Positions 23,447 through 34,083 of a stretch of DNA of 36,190 bases are shown here, in pieces. The stretch is from positions 1 to 36,190 of the forward strand of contig JAVEBF010000064.1 of NCBI GenBank assembly GCA_051941275.1, written 5' to 3'. A model generated the notes under the pieces. The model had not been told where the DNA came from. It ran no database searches and saw only the letters and a program-made list of their open reading frames with translations. The DNA comes from Dirinaria sp. TL-2023a (lineage: Eukaryota). Position numbers and translations under genes: made by a program. Within the stretch, counting starts at the first letter, position 1. The number at the start of each line of letters is the position of its first letter.

Positions 23447-24729
23447 TTAGAAATTTTGAGCTATCCCAGCGTTTCCTTGTTGTGGAAAGACTGTGGGATT
23501 CTCAATCCTCGTGTTTCTTCGGGCTTGAACGTCTCGAATTACAGGCTGTCCACCGCCGCCGTAGCTGCCATCACCGTACGGGCCGTGTTGAGGCATACCT
23601 TCATCGTAGAACATACCTTCATTGTAGTATTGCTGGCTAGGCGCACCTCCAGGAATCATACCATCGCCAGAAGTGTCCGATCGGTGAGCCCCAGAATAGG
23701 CAGATGACGCGTTCGAGGGTCCACGATGAATCTGGTCTTGGCGATTTCCTCCAGCTGCCGGCGCTGCTCCCAAGGCACCAATGGTTTCTGAATCTCCGGA
23801 CATGGGCCGATCAACCAAAGGATCATTTGAATGTGAATCGGAATTAGGAGCAGTTCCCGCGCTCGGTGAACCATTTTGATACCCCCCCGGATCACTGCCG
23901 CTACCGGATCTTGCTATGCCGATACCATTGCCACTGGATAGTGTAGTCGATGGCTTACGTGCAGTAGAGGTTGTTCCCCAACCTCGATAGCCAGCGCCAT
24001 CAGATTCTCGCATTTCAGAAGGCTCCTCACCATTGCTGCTCGCGCCACCCATTTGGGGAAGAGTTGGATCCTCATTAGGATTAAAGCCATATTCTTCCAC
24101 CTCTTTCCTACGCAGTTCTTCAGCGTCCTTCCGTTGCTTCCGCTTTCGCCACCAGAATAAGAGAGCCAAGACAATCAGAGCAACAGCAGCTACTGGGACA
24201 ACCACAGCTACGGCAATTCTGCCCGCTGGGGAAAGGCCACTCGTGCTCTTGTCCGCAGCTCCGCTGGACGTGGAAAGCGGAGCAGTGCCAGATGATGTAG
24301 AGGATGAATGGGTCGAGGTCGAAGAAGCTGTCCTAGTATCAGAAGGAAAGATAGGACTAGACTCCGTGGAGGTAAGGAGAACGGTTGTGGGCTGGGCTGC
24401 GGCTCCGGTAGAGTCGTGGGGTCGTACAGTTGTGAGAGGAGCCACTGTCGTGGGGCTGGTAGATGAGGATGTCGTCGAAGTCGTACTTGTTGAGGTCGTC
24501 GATGGCAATGCAGCGGGCGCTGGTGCTACAGCTGAAGTTGGAGCTTGCTGTGTAGAGGGAGGAATGCTGGTGGTCTTGCGGACCGTAAAAAGGCTATTGG
24601 ACGTGACGGTAGATCCTCCGGCCACAAAAGAGAAGGATGTTGGGGTCAGTTGCGACACTGCGATGATGGTCAGAGTCTCTGGTAAGGCGAATCAGCGGCG
24701 AACTGACCTGTCGCATTGTTGTTTGCCAT
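23447..24729 (-). CDS. Ser/Thr-rich single-pass membrane protein (Mid2/Skg6-like architecture), ~410 aa
   Basis: Exon 1 24729-24708 (MANNNAT), 50-nt intron GTCAGT..CTGAC..CAG, exon 2 24657-23447. S/T/P-rich N-terminal region, TM IAVAVVVPVAAVALIVLALLFWW followed by RKRKQRK, and a Gly/Ser-rich tail ending VIRDVQARRNTRIENP..GIAQNF. Confidence 0.85.
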
Positions 24730-25836
24730 GGTCAAAGTTCTATTAATGAACTAGAACCTATTCATACAGGAGCCTCGAGACTGATTGTCAGGAGCGATTG
24801 CAGTTGCAATTACGAATAACGCAGATAAACGATTCTTGATATTTGCTTGCAAAGACACTCAGTCGATGTAAGGGTGATGCTGACTTCTGGGGTCGCGTTG
24901 TTGTCTCAGGATAAGGCAACTTTGTGTGGGAGTTGGCGCTTGGCTGGCCTTTGGCTGGACGCCAACCAGCCAACCAGTCAGCGGAGCCAATGTCCGTCAG
25001 AAACAAGGTTTACGATGCAATAGAGAGTGAGTTCAAAAGGACGATGGATGGCGGTTCCCAAGCCCTGAATCTGACTTCGGGACGTTGGAAGGTGAAAGTA
25101 GTGTTTTGTAAGAGTCGAGGAGTAATTGACGATGGGCACCTTAGCAAGTGCAGGTGCAAGTAAAATTAGGGATCTGGGCAATGCCCCTTTCCCCTTTCAG
25201 CCAGGCGAAGTAACCTAAAGTAACCCTTGTCGTCGTCCGCTTGGGCCACCAAGCCCGATAAATACGAGGTGACTCTGCACGTATTTACTTTCTCGTAAGG
25301 TTCACCCACAGTAGTAGTCTAGTTCATCCCCCCACTTCTAACGCATCTTACCTTAACATTCATCGCCTCGCAGTCACGCACATACGGCATAGTTTTATCT
25401 CGTTGTATCAGACAATTGCTATTCTACAGATCTGTTAACAAGAGGGGGAAGCCCAAGTGACTTCTTTCTGCACTCCATGCTCATAAATAATCAGCAAGTG
25501 CTTAGACATTTCTGCAGCGCGAGGAGTTCTGAAGTGACAAGTCCGGTCACTTCGGACACTGCTGCAGCGTTGCTGATGCATCGTGTGTTTGTAGACCCTG
25601 GTAGGTGACTCCTCGCTGAGTTGAGCCCTAAGTCTACCATGATGAAAAGCCAGTCTTGTGTGGCAATCTGACTGTATCCCTATCGACGCTTTGGCTGTGA
25701 ACAATAGAGTACTAGTTTAATAGCCTCACCCGCCAAGCCTTCTACATTGATACTGGTGCTGGACGGTATGGTGGTAGCATCAAGAACCTGCGGGCCCGAT
25801 CCTGCAAATCTTGGACGACAAACCTTCTGAAAATGA

Positions 25837-26834
25837 TCAAGCAGAAGCTCTCAAAGGCTCAACAGCGGTCTTCGTCGGCGAGGCTTGTGGGATATCAGGC
25901 CAGGGTTTCTTGATGGCGTCCGACATCTTCACCAATGCCCCTTTCGGTCCCGGTATGCAACCTGTAAGAAGGCTATGAGTGCTGTTGAGATGGTGTGGGT
26001 AGACGGAGTATTCATACCATGGAGTACCACTGTACCTTTCTCTTCGTCCACCTGGAGTACCTTCACGTTGTGCGTAGTAACCTGCTGTCCTCCCATGCGG
26101 CCAGCCATCCTCTTCCCCGGATACACTCTTGATCCACCACCTTGTGACTGGCCGGCTGAACCCATAGAGCGATGCGTAAGCGAGACGCCATGAGAGCGAT
26201 CCTGGCCATGGAAGCCATGTCTCTTCATGACTCCAGCAAAGCCCATTCCCCGACAATTTGCCTTGGCATCAATGTATTGCCCTTCTTGAAACCAGCTCGC
26301 TCCAATACTCTCTCCTATTCCGAGGAGTCCACGTTTGTCTCGGACTCTGAATTCCACCAAGTGCTTTTTGGGACTGACAGCACTTTGAGCGTAATAGCCA
26401 AGCATGGGACGAGTGACGTTTGTATGGTGTCGCCAGCCTATGCCAACTTGAACGGCATAATATCCATTCTCTCGCAGCGTTTTATGTGCTACTACCTGGA
26501 CGCGATCCATTTGGACTACCGTACACGCTGACCTCCGCCCTGTTTTAACATCGTACATTCCTGTCATACCCTTTTTGATACCAAGTGCTCCTGTGCGTAG
26601 TGGTGTGGTCGCTTCTCCGCGTCTAAGAGCGGCCGGGGTGCTTGATTCCAATACAGGAAGATTTTGTCCGCGATTGAATCGAGAATGTCGAGGAGGGTCA
26701 CTGATTGATCTGATCCCCCGTTTGGAGAAATGGTGGAGTGTGATACGAGGGGCAAGAAAGACTGGAGGTAAGCCTAAGCAGCCATGACAGACTTTAGAAG
26801 CCATATTCAGAGCAAGAGTACCTGCGAAGGACAT
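25837..26834 (-). CDS. MRPL9: Mitochondrial large-subunit ribosomal protein uL3m (YmL9), ~313 aa
   Basis: Exons 26834-26018 and 25961-25837 across a 56-nt intron. L3 motifs GIKKGMT, GYYAVQVG, GMGFAGVMKRHGF, SHGVSLTHRSMGS, RVYPGKRMAGRMG, GCIPGPKG. Alternative start at ATG 26804. Confidence 0.95.
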
Positions 26835-27260
26835 GGGATTACACGTTGGGTGACAGGTACTCGTTCGTACCTTTGAGTTTGTCCTACCAATAATATCAGA
26901 TACCCTCCCAGCGTCGCGGTTTTAATTTTAAGAACCTGCATACATTACTTCGGGTTACCTCCAAGCTGTACCTGACATCAAGTACCTTCGCCGTTCAGCC
27001 TCTTTTGCCCCTGTAAGGTGGCTAAAGTCTACAACCTGTTCAATGAAACGCTCATGCTATGACGACGGCAGGGTGCTTAGCCATTCGTCACTCTAGTGGT
27101 AAAGCTATTGTCATTTCCATGGCAAAAATTGCTGGACAGACAAGGCAGACTATTGCAGCAGACGATCTCTCATGCTCCACTCCAATATGAATACCGAGTA
27201 CCATATTAACACTGTACCATATGCAATTATCGAATATTAGACCTTCCAGCATAATTGATG

Positions 27261-27897
27261 TCATGACTCGGTCCGTCGTGGTACGTTTCCAAACGGGTCA
27301 GACTTCTGTTCATTTAGCAATTGGATCTTCCTTCCGTCTTCCGTTTCCAGGCTCCATTCCTGAGTTTCAAACTTTGGAATATTAGCTATCTATGGCAATA
27401 TCACCTGCGGTACTCGAAGGTGCGGGACTCACAAAACCCATCCTCGTCTTTCGAATGCTCCTAAACCTCATAAAGCCAGTCCCCTTAGTACCCTTTACCG
27501 CGAACGAAATATCCACTCTTCCATGCAACTGATTCATCTCGCCCCATATCCAAGGGAACCTGTCCCTAAAATATATCTCATCTCCAAGCTCCCGTCTTCC
27601 CTCCTCGCTGGTTCGTAGCGCATAAAGCGTAGCATTAACTACCGATGACGAGGCTTTTTGGTAATTGAAGATACCGAATGTCGAAATAGCAATGACGGTT
27701 ATGAATATGGGCAGCGTACGAAGCCATATGCCAGTAGGGGAACGTATTTCAGGGAGGGCGCGGTCCGAGCGACGCCTCAGAAGGGGGCCATCTTTGCTGG
27801 TGGGGGCGGCGATGATACTACGGCGAGCAGAGGGCTGAGGAGCACAGATAACAAATGGAGAGTAAGGCTTCCTCAGCCTAAAGATTCTAGAAATCAT
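27261..27897 (-). CDS. Coa1/DUF1783-family mitochondrial inner-membrane protein (yeast Mrx15-like), ~191 aa
   Basis: Exons 27897-27433 and 27371-27261 across a 61-nt intron (GTGAGT..GCTAAT..AAG). Basic presequence, one TM, IFNYQKASSSVVNATLYALRTS, LGDEIYF, WIWGEMNQLHGRVDISFAVKG, FETQEWSL. Confidence 0.8.
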
Positions 27898-28109
27898 TCT
27901 GGAGCAGCGACGCTGGAACTTTGCGATCAGACCTGGCGGTTTCGTACCTCTCGTAGTGGAAACGAGCTGACTTGAACCCTAGATGAGCCCTGATATTTGA
28001 GAGACTGCTTTCAAGGAAAGTACCTTGCGGTTGATATCGTACCTTAAGCATTCTTCGTTAATATTCTAGATATACTTGGTTAGCTATAAGTACAGTCTTG
28101 AACATCAGT

Positions 28110-28838
28110 ATGGATACTGCGCGATTGAGAAGGACGTTTCGTTATTCCAAGGAAGATGGTGGTAATGATGAGGGCGAGCCCATAGCGCTGGATGAAGAAG
28201 GTAAGGAATTCAGGCCTGAACTGAGGATTGTCGTTCCTTGACAGAACTATGTAGAGCAGGAAAAGCTCATCGCACGGTTCAAGAAAGAGGATGACGAGCG
28301 CAATGTTATGTACAAGGTATTTGCACAAGGCGAAACTCAACCATCGACTCATGTATGCAGCGAATATTCCTTGCAATACCATTAATCTGTACGGCAGCAT
28401 TCCTGCCTTCGCTGCTGACAACCCGCTTGTTGCACGTGAAGTTCATCGACTTATTTGCGATCACGTCGCTCGGGTGCACTGCATACACCTTAATATCCAT
28501 TGGCAACGAACCAGCCGAAATACCTTACGAAGGCGCTTCTCAACCTGCTAAGGCCCCAGGTCCTGTCCAGCCCTACATCGATTATCTTAACGGGGGACTG
28601 AGCTCACTACTCTGTCTGAACGCTCTCACATTGCGGGGAAGAGAGGGTGTACACGAGGGCTTTTGGCTGCTCTGTGTATTACCCTTCGGTGCGTCATGCT
28701 AAACATTCTGACTGTGGAACCCTCGGACACTGATGGCTCCCAGTCGCATTTGTAATGGTGATCTCGGCACGAAAGGTCATGCTAGAAGTGGACTTCACAG
28801 AACTGGAACACCTCAGATACGAGTATAAAGGCCCTTGA
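28110..28838 (+). CDS. Conserved-looking small multi-TM hypothetical protein, 191 aa (only partly in the ORF track)
   Basis: Exons 28110-28200, 28255-28316, 28361-28688, 28744-28838 (introns of 54, 44 and 55 nt) give an uninterrupted frame: MDTARLRRTFRYS..LDEEEQEKLI..about four hydrophobic segments..DFTELEHLRYEYKGP*. Confidence 0.82.
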
Positions 28839-29009
28839 TCACAGCAAAACCTGCGATCGATGCTAGTAAATTCTTCGATAGAAATTGGCCTACCATGCCG
28901 TTGACGTTCAGTTTGGACAGACTCCGAGTCATGCTCCATTTGCATCGATATGCTGCTGGCCTGGCCAGATCCTGATGCTGTGTTTTTGAAGCGGACAGTT
29001 TGTCGAAGA

Positions 29010-29482
29010 TCATCTGTTGCTAGCGGCACCTGCCTCTGGCAAAACGATCCCCATACTCTGGTTGAGCATTCTCAGCGTTATGTTGAAATGCCGCAAGGTT
29101 GCAGTGGGTGCAGGAACTTGGCCGCCGGTCCACAGGGGTTGTCTGAAGACGGGTCAGGACCAAAACCGAGCGATGTCATTTGTAGACTTCTGAAGGAATA
29201 CCTATTGAATTGTGTTGCCTTTGGCGACGCACACCAATAAACGTGCAGCAGATTCTTCAAGATGCGATGTTCAAGGCCGGCCTCTTTAGTCGCATTCTCT
29301 AGAAAACGGAGCGTGTTGACGATTTCAGGTGCATTGACATCGGGTGACTTGCCGTTTCGAAAGGCAAGGTTTAGCTGCTTTCTCAAGACATGACGTGCAG
29401 GTGAAGAATATTGCACTGCTTGTAAGCCCTGGCGGTACAGTCGACGGTAGAGTCTGACAACCTCGAATTGTTCATGAGCCAT
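29010..29482 (-). CDS. LYR-motif-like, DUF1763-type small protein (probably mitochondrial), ~137 aa
   Basis: Exons 29482-29202 and 29142-29010 across a 59-nt intron (GTATTC..CTGAC..CAG). VVRLYRRLYRQGLQAVQYSSPAR..AFR, NTLRFL, GLEHRILKNLL, HFNITLRMLNQSMG. Confidence 0.75.
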
Positions 29483-29577
29483 AGAGCGACTTGGACCTCT
29501 ACTTGTTCTGAATACCTTATGCGAAGGGGTGTGTAGAGCTGCCAAGCAAAGGGCTCGCCCAATAGGGCCTAGTACAA

Positions 29578-29588
29578 AGGTAAGGTAA
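29578..29588 (+). promoter_or_regulatory. Recurrent intergenic motif AGGTAAGGTAA, copy 3 of 3
   Basis: In the 370-bp divergent promoter between the LYR-like and DUF2293-like genes. GACCGAGG at 29624, with more TACCTTA/TAAGGTA at 29513 and 29824. Confidence 0.5.
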
Positions 29589-29852
29589 CTTCTTTAGCGC
29601 GCTTCTTGGCTTTGATCTTGCTCGACCGAGGGACCTCCGACCTCGAATTACACAGCTCGAGAGTGAGGCGACATGATCTTGAGTCTGCTGTCACTATGAG
29701 ACATCAAGACAAGTCCTAGCGGACAGCCGACATCTGTAGATATTAAATAGGCACAGTGCCTGATTTGATATTGGTGCGAGAAACAACGCTGAATGCTGAC
29801 CAGCCTAAAGCATAGTTACCGAATAAGGTAGCAACCAATTTCAGACCACATC

Positions 29853-32800
29853 ATGGTTCGTACAATTGGTTCGCGAGCTTCTTCGATGGCGCCTGGGGCT
29901 GCCCGTCACAAATTTCAATTGCAGCAGAAAAAAAAGTCCTACAAGGTTATCTTGGAACAAGTTACCGAGAAGAAAAAGAAGCTGCTGACTTTCGTACGTC
30001 AAATTGCAGCAGGTACACACTGGTTTCGAGCAACACTGATGTCTTAATTCGATCGGCAGCTGTCTTTTAATACTAGTGCACCTGCAGGATATACTTTCAT
30101 ACCCGCTGGAGATCCTCAGCTCACCAATAGATGCAAGCAATTCGCGAGAGAAGAGGGTTCCAAAGTCTTTATTGTATCTGTAGGTCTTCATCTTGACGCC
30201 AATAGGGAATGTACTTACTGCAAGTAGGCAAGTAAACATAAGAACGTCAGCAATTTGTCCCACGAAGTCCATCGAGTTGGCTATCACTTCCCAAGTACAG
30301 TCGTGGATAAAGCATGTACTTCACTGGGTGTCACGCTACGATCTGGTCAGGTCGTTCACAACCACCGCAAATCGCCTGTACGACAAGATCCAAAGCCTAA
30401 CAGCAAGCCGAAGAAAAAGAAGAATGCCATCGGCAAGAAGAACGCATCACCACAATCAGGAGTCTCTCAGGCGACCATAGATACGGAAGCGAGAGAGGCG
30501 ATACGAGACCTTTTCCCTAATATACCCGAGAACGATCTTTACGACATAATTCGCCAAGCTTTCAGCAAGGTAGGTAGCTACGACTGTACTGATGGTTGAT
30601 GCTGAGCCTTGCCAGAAACGCAGACGCGTAGGTACCTCAGATCAGCCCCTCACCCGACGTGTACAATTAGCAGTTGTGGCGCATATCAGGCATAATTACA
30701 CAAACTATGATAATTTGCTACGTATTGGTAGCTGGGAGGATGCCCGCAAAGCTGTTGAGCATGCGTGCTTAGATAAATTGGTGAGATGGCGAGCGGAAGA
30801 AGATGATAACGCAGACGCGATGTCTGATATCTTACGGGAAGTTATTGTGATCTCTGATGACGAAGATGAGGATCAAGAAGACGCCAATGTCTCAGAACTG
30901 GAACATCGTTCGCAAAGTCATCCACGCGATGACAGTGTTGAGATTATCTCAAGTCAAGCTGAACTTGAGACCATAAGAACTGAACAGGTCGACTACAGGG
31001 ATCTTGAGGAGCCTCGAGATGAAGAGCTCAAAAACGAAGGAACCGGCTCTTATGCTCGTAGAAGGCAGCCCAGGTATGACTATCGAAGGCTAGACAAATC
31101 CGATGCACATCGGCGACAAGTGTGGCAAGAAGCTCGAGTTCGTCGTCAAAAAAGTCCAATTACAGCAGATGTAAATAGTGGTCGCCATACCTTGCAGGAG
31201 CACCTAAGCTCAGGTGCAAACCTGGATAAAGCAGGCCAGCATGTGGACATTTGGTCTTCCGTAAGTTGCCGACCATTTCAAAGCTGTAACATCAAATGCA
31301 GTCCGCAAATCAAGCCTTGGGAATCGAATGACCGCGATCTTTCATAATAAAACTTAGCTAATAAGCGACTTGTAGGAGCTACCTTCTGGATCGCCCAGGC
31401 AAGGAGATTCGCAAAATCCGTATGGTAGGTTGGGAAATCTCATTCCCCTTGACCAACAAGCACACCGTGCAACTATCGCAAGTCGCAGCCCGATGGTATA
31501 CGCTTCAGCTCATAATGATCGTCATCAATCCCCTCAACTTTTCAGTCGCGCAGAAAAGGTCATACCTTCAATCGAAGGCCCCTTCTCTAATGACCAAGCC
31601 CAGCAAAGCCCTTTTGCTTTTGAGTCTTCCCAAGACCGGGATGGTTTCGGTTTTACTCGAGATGCTCCAAGACGCCCTCGCGTCATCCAGATGGACGTAG
31701 AGCCAGATAATTCATCAGGTAAGCGGCGCAGGGTGGCCGAGGTTGAGCCATCCTATTCGTCAAATTATCACCCAAGCAGTGGGGAACGTCAAACCGAGAG
31801 AACAGTTCTCATTCCGCTGGATCAGTACAAAGAGACTCTTGATAAAGGTGGCTCTTATAATGAACGGCCGAGCGAAGACTTGAACAGTGCCCCCCGCAAT
31901 GGCCCAGTAAGGTTGTATCTTCCGCCGGAAGAACCTCTACCGCGGCCATTGCAGGGAGCAAGCAGTCGAGTCAGCGGCGAAGTCTATCGCTTGCCTGCTG
32001 ACACATTTGCGACTGAACAAGTCACGTCAAGGCCTCATCTACAAGTCCAGCTTAAGCCCCCTGGCTCTGGCATACCGGAAACTTCTCTTTTACGTCCATC
32101 TGGAGGATCTGATTCATATCAGACCCTCCCTTTGTTTCATTCTGGTCGCTCTTCATTGCCATATAGTCCTTCCGACTCCTGTCAAGTTTTTGAGCGTGAT
32201 CGCGGCCCATTCATTCATGAACACAGAGTGGCTAGACCGGAGCGCCTTCCACAGTCGGCTATGCCTCTATCCCCCCGTGATGGAAAAAGAGGGAAGAACC
32301 ATCTTCGAGTCTTATGTGTACCGCAATATCCTCGCCCACCCGATGTCCCCGTTCGTCGTGAGCTAGCTTCTACATATGTAGCGCCTACAAGGGTTGTCCC
32401 TCCGGAAGGACATAGCTCTTGGGGCAGGACCAGCTTCCCAAATGATCATCAAGTGGCCCGCGAGCCACATTCGAACCTTCATGAGCCAAATCCTTACTGG
32501 GCGACCACCCAAAACAGAGAAAGGCTGCAACAGCAGCAGTATCACCAATATTCCCATGCCTTACCAGGTCATCCAAGCTTTCAGGCAAGAGCATCTCCGG
32601 GGACGTATGATAACTTCGGGTACGTCCTCCTCTGTATACGCTGACGAGTATTACATCTCACTCGTCTTGCCAAAAACTGACCGAGCACCGCGCAGCACCG
32701 TTGGAGTTGTTACATCTCGTGACCCTCAAGCAGCCAAGGTGAATCTCCAGGAGGGAAGTGCTCACGACCCACGGCAACCTAGCCCCCGGATAGTGCCGCT

Positions 32801-32876
32801 GCGTGCTTCACACTCCTATGATGCCGCAGCACCAAGATACGGGGAACATCGGCGAGATGTGATTGTTATTGATTAA
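29853..32876 (+). CDS. DUF2293-like protein with a long disordered C-terminus and SIM-like motifs, ~890 aa
   Basis: Exons 29853-29993, 30060-30179, 30228-30569, 30616-31260, 31376-32619, 32696-32876 (2673 nt, in frame). PAGYTFIPAGDP, HRVGYHFP, AIRDLFPNIP, RVGT, VQLAVVAHIRHNYTNYDNLLR. The last two introns are less certain. Confidence 0.8.
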
Positions 32877-33335
32877 CATGTCATGTTCATACTTAATGGT
32901 GCATAGCGACCTGTAAGAGCAGACGAAAGACGGCGAAGGAAGTTCTAACCTTCCCGCCTCATCATCGAGTATGTTACCCGAACTGCACAAAGCATAGTGG
33001 GCGCTTCGATGATAGGGGAACTGTTTTGCATGTTCATAGCAGTGCGATTGTTTGATGCTGCATTTGCGGCGTTGTTATTTTCACATGTCAGCGAGCGGCC
33101 AAAGCCACGACATGTTCATTCGAAAGGGCGGCACAAAATCGTTTCTCCTTTGTGTGTGCTTTTACATCCGCAACAGAGCTCCAAGCGAAAGAGCGTACTC
33201 ATAGCCCTCGTGTACATAATAGATTAGCATCGGCTGCTGCTCTACACACTATTCGATCCCATTATTGTTTGCGATTTGAGCAGGATTTGGAGCATGCGAT
33301 TTCAGCCCGTTCATCACTTCAGGATTTCACAGGCG

Positions 33336-33366
33336 GCCAAGCCTTTGGCCAAGCCTCAGCCAAGCC
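33336..33366 (+). repeat. Triple tandem GCCAAGCC (PacC/Rim101 consensus GCCARG)
   Basis: GCCAAG at 33336, 33348 and 33359 with 11-12 bp spacing, about 720 bp upstream of the carrier ATG. Confidence 0.55.
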
Positions 33367-34083
33367 CTCGGCCGTCTCAGCCCTCATCCAGCCTCGCCGG
33401 CGGGGCGTTTGTTCCTCTGTTGGCTGCAGTTAAGCTTGTCTGAAAGCCGCTATGACATTTACAGTTCTGCCCGCAGATTCCCTACCTTGTCCCATCTCTT
33501 TCATTGGCTCGATAGAGCTCCCTGCAAATGGGCTTTAGCTTCTCGTGCATCTCTGCTGTAATGTATGTAAGTACTGACCTTACTACTCACGTATTACCAC
33601 TACAGTACTCCGTACGCTCTTCGTCAACTTCTCCTTCTCTCCACTGACTGTTCCTGTTCTTGCATATAATCAACACAATCTACAGCTGCCTCAAACGCCC
33701 TTCTCGCCAGAAAGCTCCCGCTCCCGGTCTCGTCGTCTATGTTGATCTGCGTCTTTCTATCATTTGTCGGTTGAAGCGAACATACTGCGTTCTGAGATCC
33801 TGCGCTTGACCCCTTCACCCCACTCGATCAAACCGTTCGGACCGTTCAACCATCTCTCACCCGGCGTGCCCTGATTGACGAATTTGCATCTATTAAAACA
33901 CAAGCGCGTTGAGTGCTTTGTTGTTCCATTCACACCATCCAAAATCGCCTCACAATCACATCACGTGCTTCTTCTCCAAACCACCCCCATGCCATGTAAA
34001 GATCTGGATGGACTCGATCCTCCTCCTTCTACCTTGAGAGAACCGCCCTTTCTGGGCATACTTGACGCTCGGCGTCAACCGGG

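Noticed and set aside
24033..24746. 237-aa plus-strand ORF
   Set aside because: Antisense mirror of the Ser/Thr-rich membrane gene; its Val/Glu-rich composition is the expected reverse complement.
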